Of a stretch of DNA of 46,481 nt, positions 30,092 through 38,901 are shown in pieces; position 1 is the stretch's first letter; every line of letters begins with the position of its first letter. The stretch is from Patescibacteria group bacterium (lineage in GTDB: Bacteria > Patescibacteriota > Microgenomatia > Daviesbacterales > UBA10151), in the NCBI GenBank assembly GCA_023379125.1, contig JAMCSY010000006.1:1-46481 (forward strand). Reading direction: 5' to 3'. The translations under genes and the position numbers were made by a program. Below the pieces are notes generated by a model. It was not told where the DNA came from and did no database searches. It saw only the letters and a list, made by a program, of their open reading frames with translations.

Positions 30092-30941
30092 TTCGGAACC
30101 AACCTATGAGTTGGACATAAATCTTTTAGAGCCTAATCCTCTGCAGCCTCGTGGTCTGATTACACCAGAATCTTTATCTGAACTGGCTGATTCGATCAAA
30201 GAGCACGGTGTGCTAGAGCCTCTGGTAGTAGCCAAAACTCCCGCTGGATATCAGATTATTGCTGGGGAGAGACGTTGGCGTGCAGCCAAGATAGCTGGCT
30301 TGGCTAGTGTTCCTGTGATTATTCGTGAAACATCGCCCCAAGGCATGCTAGAGATGGCCATTGTGGAAAATGTCCAGCGCCAAGACCTCAATCCTTTAGA
30401 GAGAGCTCAAGCATATCGCAGACTAATGGAAGAGTTTGGTTTACCAAATGGTGATATTGCGCAAAGGGTGGCTAAAAGTGCAGCCTATATTTCTAATACT
30501 CTCAGACTGCTCTCTTTGCCAGATGCTTTGAAGGATGCCCTCATGTCTGAACAAACCACTGAAGGTCATGTACGGGCGCTTATGGGTCTAGAAGATCCCC
30601 ATTTAATGATTGAGGGCTATAAAGAGGTGATGAGAAAAAGTTTGTCAGTTCGTGGTACTGAGGATTTGGTCAGAAGGATGAAAGCCAAGTTTGGTATTAT
30701 CTCAACCAATAAAGCTCACCATGATCGTGCTTTGTTCGTAAATGATGAGATTGATCAAATTCAGGCAGGACTAACAGAAAAACTGTCTGCTACTGGTACC
30801 AAAGCAGCAGTAAAATATGTATTGAGTGCTAGCCAGGCACGTTTAGAGATCAAGCTACCAGGAGATCCTGAAATCACCAATGATATGATTAAGAGAATTT
30901 ATCAGGCAATCTCGAGTTTCTTTACACCACAAGAGATTTAG
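30084..30941 (+). CDS. parB: Chromosome partitioning protein ParB
   Basis: PNPLQPR, YQIIAGERRWRAA, IVENVQRQDLNPLE, HTH region and EGHVRAL. Confidence 0.93.
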   Translation: MDNSEPTYELDINLLEPNPLQPRGLITPESLSELADSIKEHGVLEPLVVAKTPAGYQIIAGERRWRAAKIAGLASVPVIIRETSPQGMLEMAIVENVQRQDLNPLERAQAYRRLMEEFGLPNGDIAQRVAKSAAYISNTLRLLSLPDALKDALMSEQTTEGHVRALMGLEDPHLMIEGYKEVMRKSLSVRGTEDLVRRMKAKFGIISTNKAHHDRALFVNDEIDQIQAGLTEKLSATGTKAAVKYVLSASQARLEIKLPGDPEITNDMIKRIYQAISSFFTPQEI

Positions 30942-30944
30942 AGT

Positions 30945-31553
30945 TTAGTGAGAAGCAGCATCAATTTTAATTAGCATAAATTCTTGGGGAGGCCAGTATC
31001 TTAGCCAGGCTTGACCGATAATTAAATCACGGTTGACTGTACCCCATTCACGCGAGTCAGAGCTGCCGGTGCGGTTATCACCCATCACAAAATATTGGTT
31101 ATCCGGGATAACTATTTCCTCATCATTTGGTAGATAGGCTCCTCCATATGTTTCTGTACCTGGGGGTAAGTATGGTTCAGAAAGTAGTTGTCCGTTGATG
31201 TAAACGTTACCATCTGCTAATTTGATTCTGTCACCAGGTAGAGCAATGACTCTTTTGATAAAATCTTCAGTCGTGTTCCGAGGGTTTTGTAAAATAATTA
31301 CCTCACCTCGCTGAATGGTTGTAAAACGTAAACCAATTTTGTTGGTGATAATATAATCTCCATTTTGAAAATTAGGAATCATTGAGGAACCTTCTACTTT
31401 ATGTGGTTCAGCTACGAAAAAACGCACAGCTACCAAAATTGCTCCAACTATAGCTACAAACTGAATTAAATCAGCAAAATTGTTTTTGAAATTTTCCCAC
31501 CAACTATGTTCTTCAAACTCAGGTTCCATGAGGTTTTGTTCCGGAGACACCAA
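30945..31553 (-). CDS. lepB: Signal peptidase I (bacterial Ser-Lys type)
   Basis: GSSMIP, FIKRVIALPGD and VMGDNRTGSSDSR motifs. Start uncertain (ATG 31529 is the alternative). Confidence 0.93.
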   Translation of the reverse strand: MVSPEQNLMEPEFEEHSWWENFKNNFADLIQFVAIVGAILVAVRFFVAEPHKVEGSSMIPNFQNGDYIITNKIGLRFTTIQRGEVIILQNPRNTTEDFIKRVIALPGDRIKLADGNVYINGQLLSEPYLPPGTETYGGAYLPNDEEIVIPDNQYFVMGDNRTGSSDSREWGTVNRDLIIGQAWLRYWPPQEFMLIKIDAASH

Positions 31554-31627
31554 GTGGCTCGCAGATTTTATTATCCTATATATTATGTTTGTAACGCAAG
31601 GGTGAGAATGCTAAAATATCGGAGAAT

Positions 31628-31699
31628 GGATCCGTGGCTCAGTGGTAGAGCGCTTCGTTCACATCGAAGAAGTCGAAGGTTCAATTCCTTCCGGATCCA
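31628..31699 (+). tRNA. tRNA-Val(CAC)
   Basis: Acceptor stem GGATCCG/CGGATCC, D arm GCTC..GAGC, anticodon arm CTTCG-TTCACAT-CGAAG, T arm GAAGG-TTCAATT-CCTTC. CCA not encoded. Confidence 0.95.
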
Positions 31700-31705
31700 C
31701 ACCTA

Positions 31706-32494
31706 CTAATCTCCCAAACTAACTGAAGAAATAATTTTGTCATGTAGAGGTTTATAATCTCGCCTTGGACTATTAGTATAGTAACAATAGATAGTGATAA
31801 TGAAACGGCCGCTCTTGTCCAGCAAATAATACAAATTAGTTCCCGTAAGGTGGTGTTCCAGAATAACAGGGTTCCCGTTTAACATCTGCTTAGATACGGT
31901 ATAATTTTCATAATCTTCTGTCTTTGGTTGATTTAGCATCTCATTATAAACGATGCTATAAATATCATCATATGTATGGTTTTTAGCTTCTTGGTAATAT
32001 ATCTCTATTGATAATCCATCAAACAATTCTGTTTCGGCATTATCAGGTAGAGGAGAAACCACTAGAGAATAGCCTTCATTAATATCGCTGAACTCAAAAT
32101 GTGGTAGACTCCTTCCTTCCAAAATTTCATTATCATATTTGACAACTTTTTGCGACTCCGGATAGTCAAAAGTTAGATGGATCTTATCTATGGAATAAGG
32201 AATAGATTTTTCTTGCACTATCTGGTTAATATCCAAGGCGTCGTTAAAAGTATGGGTACTATTTTTCTCGTTAGACTCACCCATGATGGAAATATACATC
32301 GGTTCGGGTATCGGTGTATTGGTGAGAGCAAGAGGAGTGAGAGTAGGTGATATTTCTCTACCTAGGCCACCTGCCTTATCATAAGCTTGCTTGTTCGGTT
32401 TCTGGATCACAAGGTAAACACTAGAGATAGCTAAAGCACACAGTATTACTACTGCCATAAATATAATGATATGACCACTTTGTTGAGCTCTCAC
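31706..32494 (-). CDS. Membrane-anchored hypothetical protein (PsbP-like pattern, pilin-like leader)
   Basis: QSG|HIIIF leader plus TM, Pro/Thr linker, LTFDYP motif and C-terminal DKIISSV. Confidence 0.7.
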   Translation of the reverse strand: MRAQQSGHIIIFMAVVILCALAISSVYLVIQKPNKQAYDKAGGLGREISPTLTPLALTNTPIPEPMYISIMGESNEKNSTHTFNDALDINQIVQEKSIPYSIDKIHLTFDYPESQKVVKYDNEILEGRSLPHFEFSDINEGYSLVVSPLPDNAETELFDGLSIEIYYQEAKNHTYDDIYSIVYNEMLNQPKTEDYENYTVSKQMLNGNPVILEHHLTGTNLYYLLDKSGRFIITIYCYYTNSPRRDYKPLHDKIISSVSLGD

Positions 32495-32547
32495 GAGATA
32501 TAAGATTGGTTAATAATATAATACCAAGCCTGTACTTTTTGCTTTAC

Positions 32548-35247
32548 TTATCTTCTAAAAAATAATGAATAAAGAAAGCTTTTACACCAGGAATATAGAT
32601 AATTCTTCCAACTGTCAAAATGAGATAAATATTGTTCAGCAGACGAGCAACAGCCTTTGTCGCTTTGATCATGGGGCACAACTACTGTGGTCTGCTTGGT
32701 GGTGCTATTACCAGCTAAATCAGTCGCAGTCACGGTAATGGTATAGTGACGTCCATCTTGGTCATTGCCCTTTCTAGAAGCTTCCAGATAAATAACATCC
32801 CCAAAATCATGAGGTGGAGTAATAGCGGTACCATACTCATCTTGCACTGTAAATTTCAATTGTGGATGTGTAGTTAAGTTGTCCTTGGCCCAACCAAAAA
32901 TAGTTACTTTAACCTTTTTGTTATTAGCTGGCCAAAGTATAGTTGGATCTGCCCAAATCAGTACCTGGGGATTAGTTTTATCAATATTAATATTATCAAG
33001 TGCCTGGGTAGTTGTATTACCAGCATAGTCCTGGCAAGTACCAGTGATGGACAGATTAACGCCTTCTCCGCTAGCTGTGGCTGTAAACTCGCTTACTAAA
33101 GGACCAGAAAGTTGGTCAGTGCAACTAAAATGGGCAGTGACATCTTGATTAAACCAGCTACTATTGCTAGCTGGAGTAGCTAGCTGACCTTGAATTTGTG
33201 GAGGTGTTTGATCAATTTTAAAATCTAGGGTTTTATTGTCCTCATTATTACCATCTTTGTCTGTAGAGTAATAATTCAGGTGGTATTGTCCATCAGCAGT
33301 GGCTTCAATAGGCTCTTGGTAAAAAGGCTCTTGGTAAAACTGCCACTCTTGATTGTTGAGTTGATAGGTGGAATAGTCTACTCCAGAACCGCTAGCCTCA
33401 TCTTGGGCACTCAGCGTTAAGGTAACTGGAGATTTATACCAACTGTTATTTCCCAAAGTTCCACTGAGAGTGGCTTCCGTCACTGGAGGAGTTATATCTC
33501 TTCTCTCAGCCATTAAAGAGATCAAGGACATGTGGTTTAAGCTGGTTTGGACTTTATTATCAGGCAAAGTGAGAGTTTGTTCCTTAATCCAGGTATTGCT
33601 GTCTGGACTGGAATAAAAAGCTAAACTACTGGTAATAAACTTTACTAACTTGAGGTTTTGATAGTTAACAGTTACAGTGTAGCTTGCATTGTTGGGAAAA
33701 TTGTGAATTAAATTGCCATTAGTATCATAGGCAGTAATAGCTACAGCTGAGCCTACAGAATCAATAGTGGTGGTGTTATGGAATGGTGGAGCAGATTGTA
33801 TGTGCAGTTCAATATCATTGTTATCAGTGGTGATACCCACAGGAAAATCAAATAGATAGGGACCAACAGTAAAAGTTCCTCCAGCTGAGGTGAGCACAGT
33901 ATCTACATGGTCAATTTGCTGGTTCCAAAGATAGCTGTTGGTAGAACCAGTTCTTCCTTCAGCGAGAGTGTAATTTGGCCAAGGATCAGAGGTTAAGCCT
34001 TGCCAGCCATAAGGATCAGTTAGATCATCAGGTATAACAAAAGAATATGGGGTAGTGGTGTCTTTACTTTTATAAACACCAAAATGAAGATGGGAACCTG
34101 CTGGACCTTGGGGTTTAACATTTCCTGAGTAGCCAACTAAACCAATTTGTTCTCCTTGGGCAACCTCCTTGGGGGTGTTGGGAACGGAGGGATTAAGGCC
34201 ATCGTCCTCGAGGTGTTGGTAAATAGTTTTGTAACCATTATGATGATCAATCTCTATTTTATTTCCACAGCTAGCACAGTTTGTTATTAATGTTGCAGAG
34301 CCCGAGGCAGCTGCTAGCACTGGAGTTCCTAGCTTAGTATCTGCTAAAGAGCCATAATCATATCCATCGTGCCCAGCATACCAGGCATCGTTTACATTTT
34401 TCTCGAGCCCCAGATAGTTTACAACCGTTCCCTGGTTTGCTGCTGGTTCAGGGAAGTTGCTATATGCTAGAGGGTATTGGTGATCAAAGAAGGAGTTAAT
34501 AGCCAAAGCAGCTTCACTAAAACTATCCCCCTTAGCCTGATAATCCCAGGGAAGATTAAGAAAAGGATCCACATCAAGGGATTCAACTCGAACATAGTCT
34601 ATGTTAAATGTTGTCCAAGTTGGTATTGCTGGTATCTGATAAGATGGATTACCCATCCAGATGTATTTGAGTTTATTACCGATATTTGTATAAATATAAA
34701 CAGATTGGTCGTCAACGATTAACTCATAATTATGGTTTTTCCGAATGATTTGCATAGTATGTTCATTGGTATTAACTGGCACTATAAGCTTATCTATGCC
34801 ATTAACGCTAAAGCGCATGTTATGTAAAGAGTCATCCTGCCACACATTAATTGCATATCCAAGATTATTAAATCCTAATCCGTTATATGGAATTTTCTCT
34901 GACACGACGATACCGGTTCCCCAAGGCGAAACATGAGTATATTTGAATTTTATACTTACTTCATAGTTATCATTAGGTAATGGCACTTTAGAAATTATCA
35001 ATGGATACTGGGGTGTATTTGAAGACTGGGTTGTGACAAGGTTACCACTGATTTGTGAAATAACTACATCATTCATAATATTGTTGGGGAATATGATCCA
35101 CTTATCACTATTTAGCATGTTGTTTGCAGTATTTTGACTGAAATTATCTTCAAAATATACAGAATTAGCTTCGGCAGCTGATATTTTAGCTGCTAGTAAA
35201 ATAAGTATGAAACTAATTGATAACAATAATTTGAATATTTTGATCAT
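32548..35247 (-). CDS. Secreted multidomain M23-family metallopeptidase (lectin-like domain, M23, beta-domain, Ig-like repeats)
   Basis: Signal peptide; HDGYD (HxxxD), GTPVLAAASG, YKTIYQHL, VAQGEQIGLVGYSG and HLHF; D-x-T-P-P Ig-repeat junctions. Confidence 0.88.
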   Translation of the reverse strand: MIKIFKLLLSISFILILLAAKISAAEANSVYFEDNFSQNTANNMLNSDKWIIFPNNIMNDVVISQISGNLVTTQSSNTPQYPLIISKVPLPNDNYEVSIKFKYTHVSPWGTGIVVSEKIPYNGLGFNNLGYAINVWQDDSLHNMRFSVNGIDKLIVPVNTNEHTMQIIRKNHNYELIVDDQSVYIYTNIGNKLKYIWMGNPSYQIPAIPTWTTFNIDYVRVESLDVDPFLNLPWDYQAKGDSFSEAALAINSFFDHQYPLAYSNFPEPAANQGTVVNYLGLEKNVNDAWYAGHDGYDYGSLADTKLGTPVLAAASGSATLITNCASCGNKIEIDHHNGYKTIYQHLEDDGLNPSVPNTPKEVAQGEQIGLVGYSGNVKPQGPAGSHLHFGVYKSKDTTTPYSFVIPDDLTDPYGWQGLTSDPWPNYTLAEGRTGSTNSYLWNQQIDHVDTVLTSAGGTFTVGPYLFDFPVGITTDNNDIELHIQSAPPFHNTTTIDSVGSAVAITAYDTNGNLIHNFPNNASYTVTVNYQNLKLVKFITSSLAFYSSPDSNTWIKEQTLTLPDNKVQTSLNHMSLISLMAERRDITPPVTEATLSGTLGNNSWYKSPVTLTLSAQDEASGSGVDYSTYQLNNQEWQFYQEPFYQEPIEATADGQYHLNYYSTDKDGNNEDNKTLDFKIDQTPPQIQGQLATPASNSSWFNQDVTAHFSCTDQLSGPLVSEFTATASGEGVNLSITGTCQDYAGNTTTQALDNINIDKTNPQVLIWADPTILWPANNKKVKVTIFGWAKDNLTTHPQLKFTVQDEYGTAITPPHDFGDVIYLEASRKGNDQDGRHYTITVTATDLAGNSTTKQTTVVVPHDQSDKGCCSSAEQYLSHFDSWKNYLYSWCKSFLYSLFFRR
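33310..33339. repeat. In-frame 15-bp tandem duplication (FYQEP x2)
   Basis: AGGCTCTTGGTAAAA at 33310-33324 and 33325-33339. Confidence 0.9.
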
Positions 35248-35272
35248 GTATCAGATACATTATCTGATACAT
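35246..35272. promoter_or_regulatory. Perfect 12-bp inverted repeat (putative operator) over the M23 gene start
   Basis: ATGTATCAGATA-CAT-TATCTGATACAT, in the divergent intergenic region; a minus-strand TTGACA lies at 35284-35289. Confidence 0.55.
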
Positions 35273-35333
35273 ATCTAAGAAGTTGTCAAGTATTAAATGT
35301 CTGGTTGTAGGTTAATTATGCTAAACTACCTTT

Positions 35334-36587
35334 GTGGACAAACAGATAGTTGTTAACTCGTCTTGGCTAATAATCTCACAGGCCGCTGCTAAGATAATTG
35401 CATTTTTCTATACTGTATTTTTAGCTAATCAGCTTGGGGTTAGCAATTTTGGACTATGGATTTTAGTCCTATCATATTTTTCGTTGTTCTCGTCAATTGG
35501 CGATTTTGGATTGACTAGATATTTTCTTAGAGAAGCTTCCAAGAGTGCTACTCAGGCAGCGATTTTAATACCTAATGTTGTTTTTAGCAGGCTAATTCTG
35601 CTGGTAATAATAATACTTATATTTACTACTATAATATTGATCCTTGATCCGCAGGTAGATAGAAGAACATTGTCTATTTTAGGTGCAATCGCGGTTTTAC
35701 CTCAGTCAGTGTCAATTACTCTGGACGCTTTGTTTATAGCCAGGTTAAAAAACTATCTATCCGCAGTAGGAACTGTTTTCCTAAATATCAGTTCTGCGAT
35801 AATTGGCGTAATATTAGTGACATCAGGTCTTGGCATTTATGGAGCGGTTCTAGCTTTGGTATTTAGTCAAATTTTTTACTCTGCCCTAATGATCGTAATT
35901 GCTATCAGAAATGGCTATTGGCCAGATTGGAAAATGCAATGGGCTATTTTACCCGATATCTTGAAAGAGTCTTTTCCTTATGGCATTTTAGGAGCTATGG
36001 GATTAATCTTCTTTAAGGTCGACTCAATAATGCTATCTCTTTTTAGGGGTAACTACGAAACTGGTATTTATGGTGCCGCTTATAAGTTTTTAGAAGCTAG
36101 TCTTATTGTCCCTAACGCTGTCTCGTTTTCTATTTTTCCAATTATGGCGAAACTCCATCTGAAAGATATTAAACTTATGAAGCCTCTTTATACAAATACC
36201 TTATTAACAATGGCTTTAGTAGGTACGGTTACAGCAATTTTGTTCGTGATAATTCTTCCACTGGTTATAAACATATTGCTGCCACAATATAAACAATCAA
36301 TTGGAGTTATTAAGATTCTTGCATTAGCGCTGCCCTTTATGTTTATGCATGTGACTATGTCTCAGGCGGCATTATCATCAGCAAAATATTTAAAACCCTT
36401 AATCCTCTTGTCAGTTTTTACTCTGCTTTTTAATATAATTCTTAATTTAATTTTTATACCGATATACGGTTACATTGCAGCCTCTTGGATTACAGTTATA
36501 TCAGATATCACAAGTTTTCTTGTTATCTATATAACGTTTTCAAAACTCATTTTTAAAGACTATGAATATCAGATGGAAACTGAATAA
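35334..36587 (+). CDS. wzx: Wzx-type polysaccharide flippase (MOP family)
   Basis: About 12 TMs; LANQLGVSNFG, DFGL, KVDSIMLS..GIYGAAYK and LNLIFIPIYGYIAA motifs. Confidence 0.9.
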   Translation: MDKQIVVNSSWLIISQAAAKIIAFFYTVFLANQLGVSNFGLWILVLSYFSLFSSIGDFGLTRYFLREASKSATQAAILIPNVVFSRLILLVIIILIFTTIILILDPQVDRRTLSILGAIAVLPQSVSITLDALFIARLKNYLSAVGTVFLNISSAIIGVILVTSGLGIYGAVLALVFSQIFYSALMIVIAIRNGYWPDWKMQWAILPDILKESFPYGILGAMGLIFFKVDSIMLSLFRGNYETGIYGAAYKFLEASLIVPNAVSFSIFPIMAKLHLKDIKLMKPLYTNTLLTMALVGTVTAILFVIILPLVINILLPQYKQSIGVIKILALALPFMFMHVTMSQAALSSAKYLKPLILLSVFTLLFNIILNLIFIPIYGYIAASWITVISDITSFLVIYITFSKLIFKDYEYQMETE

Positions 36588-37703
36588 ATGAAAAAAATTG
36601 GGCTTGACATTACTGTTTTAAATGATGCTGAAAAGACGGGAATAGGGGTGTATACACAGGAGTTACTAACTAGTCTTATTCGGCAGAACGATTATGATGA
36701 ATTTACTCTCTTTGGTTTCACTACAATGTCTAGCTATAAGTCAGTTAAAAAATCAAAAATAGCACAGTTTCCAAACGTAAGATTGAAGTTGATAAAATTA
36801 CCGGCTAAGTTATTTCGGGCCAGTTTTCTGTTGTGGCAGTTCCTCAATTGGCCTTCAATTAATAATGTTATTAGAGATTTAGATATTTTTCACTCTTTTA
36901 ACTATTATCTACCACCACAAACTAGGGGTAAAAATATAGCCACAGTGTTTGATACGACGCCAATTTCTCACCCAGAGTGGCATCAAGATAGAACAGTTCA
37001 GCTGGATAATATCAGATTAAAAAGGATTAAAGAAAATGCAGACTTAGTTATAGCTATCTCAGAGAATACAAAAAGAGACTTTTTAGAATACTCGCCTAAC
37101 AGTAGGGTTGAAGTTATTTATCCAGCAACTAAAGCATATAAGCAGGTAGTTACAAAGAATGAACTAATGAGAAAATTTCATATCAAAGATGAATATCTGC
37201 TGAGTGTATCGACGTTGGAGCCTAGAAAGAATTTACTACGCTTAGTAAAAGCATTCCTACAAATATCTACAGACAAAACTTTAGTATTAGTGGGAGCTTC
37301 CGGTTGGAACAATAATGAATTAATGAAGCTTGTTAGACAGAATTCAAAAAAAATTACGCTACTTGGATATGTGACTGATGGGGATTTGGCTGGCTTATAT
37401 AAATATGCGTTATGCCTAGTGTATCCTTCTTTGTACGAAGGTTTTGGGATACCCGTTTTAGAAGCAATGTCATTTGGGACTCCGGTGATAACCTCTAAAA
37501 CATCTTCCTTACCAGAGGTTGGTGGTAACGCTGTTCTCTATATCGATCCCTTGGATATTAAAGATTTACAGAACAAGATTTACAGTGTGCTTCTACAGAA
37601 ACAGTTGCGAAAAGATTTATCAGCGAGGGGTTTGGTTCAAGCACGTAAATTTAGTTGGGATAAGTCTGCTAAAAAGCTAAACTCTATTTATCAGAGTTTT
37701 TAA
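36588..37703 (+). CDS. GT4 family glycosyltransferase
   Basis: KTGIGVY, STLEPRKN and YPSLYEGFGIPVLEAM motifs. Confidence 0.92.
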   Translation: MKKIGLDITVLNDAEKTGIGVYTQELLTSLIRQNDYDEFTLFGFTTMSSYKSVKKSKIAQFPNVRLKLIKLPAKLFRASFLLWQFLNWPSINNVIRDLDIFHSFNYYLPPQTRGKNIATVFDTTPISHPEWHQDRTVQLDNIRLKRIKENADLVIAISENTKRDFLEYSPNSRVEVIYPATKAYKQVVTKNELMRKFHIKDEYLLSVSTLEPRKNLLRLVKAFLQISTDKTLVLVGASGWNNNELMKLVRQNSKKITLLGYVTDGDLAGLYKYALCLVYPSLYEGFGIPVLEAMSFGTPVITSKTSSLPEVGGNAVLYIDPLDIKDLQNKIYSVLLQKQLRKDLSARGLVQARKFSWDKSAKKLNSIYQSF

Positions 37704-38862
37704 AAGTATAATCCTGTAAGTTTAAACTGAGCCAGAGGAGAATCCAGGGGTAGAAAAGGGAATTGATCACAAAGCTGTTGATGAGCAGTCCTCCCAGGCC
37801 TGCTAGTAGTAATATACCTGCCTTATTTTTCTGTAAATAGCTTTTATAACCAGTAAAAATAATAGTAGTTAAGAAACCCAGATAAAAGATTAAACCAATA
37901 ACTCCAGTAGTAGCTGCCACAAATAACAAACTTGAATCATTTCCCGATGCTGACCTGCTATTTATGTAATCTGTAGGAGCTAGTTGGTACTTATTGAGAG
38001 CATAACGATAACTATTAAACCCCACACCTAAAATAGGGTTAAGTTGAAAAATCTCTAAACCTTCTTGCCAGGAATTAGCCCTAAAAGCTGCTGATTGAGT
38101 TTTATTAATATTTCTGGGAGCAGCAACAAACTTATCATAACTGAGATAACTTAAGCCAAGTACTAGTGTGAGGATTAATGTTAAACCTAATAATTTAGTA
38201 GACTTCCTTAAAATTGTAAGTGCTAAGAAACTTACAAAAAACATTATGATAGTTCCTCTGGAAAAAGTAGTGATAACCCCTATAAAAATCACTATAAAAA
38301 ATATCCTTAATAACTTGTTGTGCTTAATTAGCTCTGGATAGCTAACTAGACTTATTAGGCTTAAAACAAGGTACACTCCCAAAAAATTAGGATCAAGTAA
38401 AGTAGAAACCATTCTGAAAAAATGAGGATCCCAACCACTACTTTGTAAAAATAATAAATCTGGAAAAATGATTAGCTGAAAAAATCCTAGAATAGTTAGG
38501 ATAAAACCTGAATAAATTATCAGTAAAGGAACCCTTGTTTTTAGATCTGGTCTTTGTAGGATTAACCAGCCTAATAAAAGGTACATCCCCCAACGTACCA
38601 AATATCCCAAAGAAACAATGGAATCTAGTTTGTTAAGTCCTAAAGGAGACAGTAATAAGGAAACAAAGGCTGATAACACAAAAGCTACGATAGGGTAGAT
38701 GAAGATTGGTAAGGGATAGGGTTTAAACTTTTTGGTGATCAGTAAAAAAATAATGGATAATAAAACTGTTAAGTCTAAAAAAGTTAATCCACTACTAGCA
38801 TAAAGAGGAATTTTAATAACTTGTCCTAAAATTAAGCCTAAAAAAAGTAACCACAAGATCAT
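37684..38862 (-). CDS. O-antigen ligase/polymerase-family (Wzy_C) membrane protein
   Basis: Multi-TM; RMVSTLLDPN, TFSRG, R..SW..G..NPILGVGFN and TGVIGL motifs. Confidence 0.85.
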   Translation of the reverse strand: MILWLLFLGLILGQVIKIPLYASSGLTFLDLTVLLSIIFLLITKKFKPYPLPIFIYPIVAFVLSAFVSLLLSPLGLNKLDSIVSLGYLVRWGMYLLLGWLILQRPDLKTRVPLLIIYSGFILTILGFFQLIIFPDLLFLQSSGWDPHFFRMVSTLLDPNFLGVYLVLSLISLVSYPELIKHNKLLRIFFIVIFIGVITTFSRGTIIMFFVSFLALTILRKSTKLLGLTLILTLVLGLSYLSYDKFVAAPRNINKTQSAAFRANSWQEGLEIFQLNPILGVGFNSYRYALNKYQLAPTDYINSRSASGNDSSLLFVAATTGVIGLIFYLGFLTTIIFTGYKSYLQKNKAGILLLAGLGGLLINSFVINSLFYPWILLWLSLNLQDYTFKNSDK

Positions 38863-38901
38863 TAATAAAATTATACCTCCTAACTATGATAAAATTTGGC
38901 A
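38863..38901. promoter_or_regulatory. Back-to-back divergent -10 elements in a 39-bp intergenic gap
   Basis: Minus strand: TATAAT (38875-38870), 7 nt before ATG 38862. Plus strand: TGa-TAAAAT (38887-38895), 6 nt before GTG 38902. Confidence 0.6.

Noticed and set aside
31506-31709. 67-aa plus-strand ORF
   Set aside because: It runs through tRNA-Val and the lepB start.
31700-35300. Possible integrative island at the tRNA-Val 3' end
   Set aside because: Accessory-looking genes follow the tRNA, but I found no integrase and no duplicated tRNA 3' end (att site) by eye.
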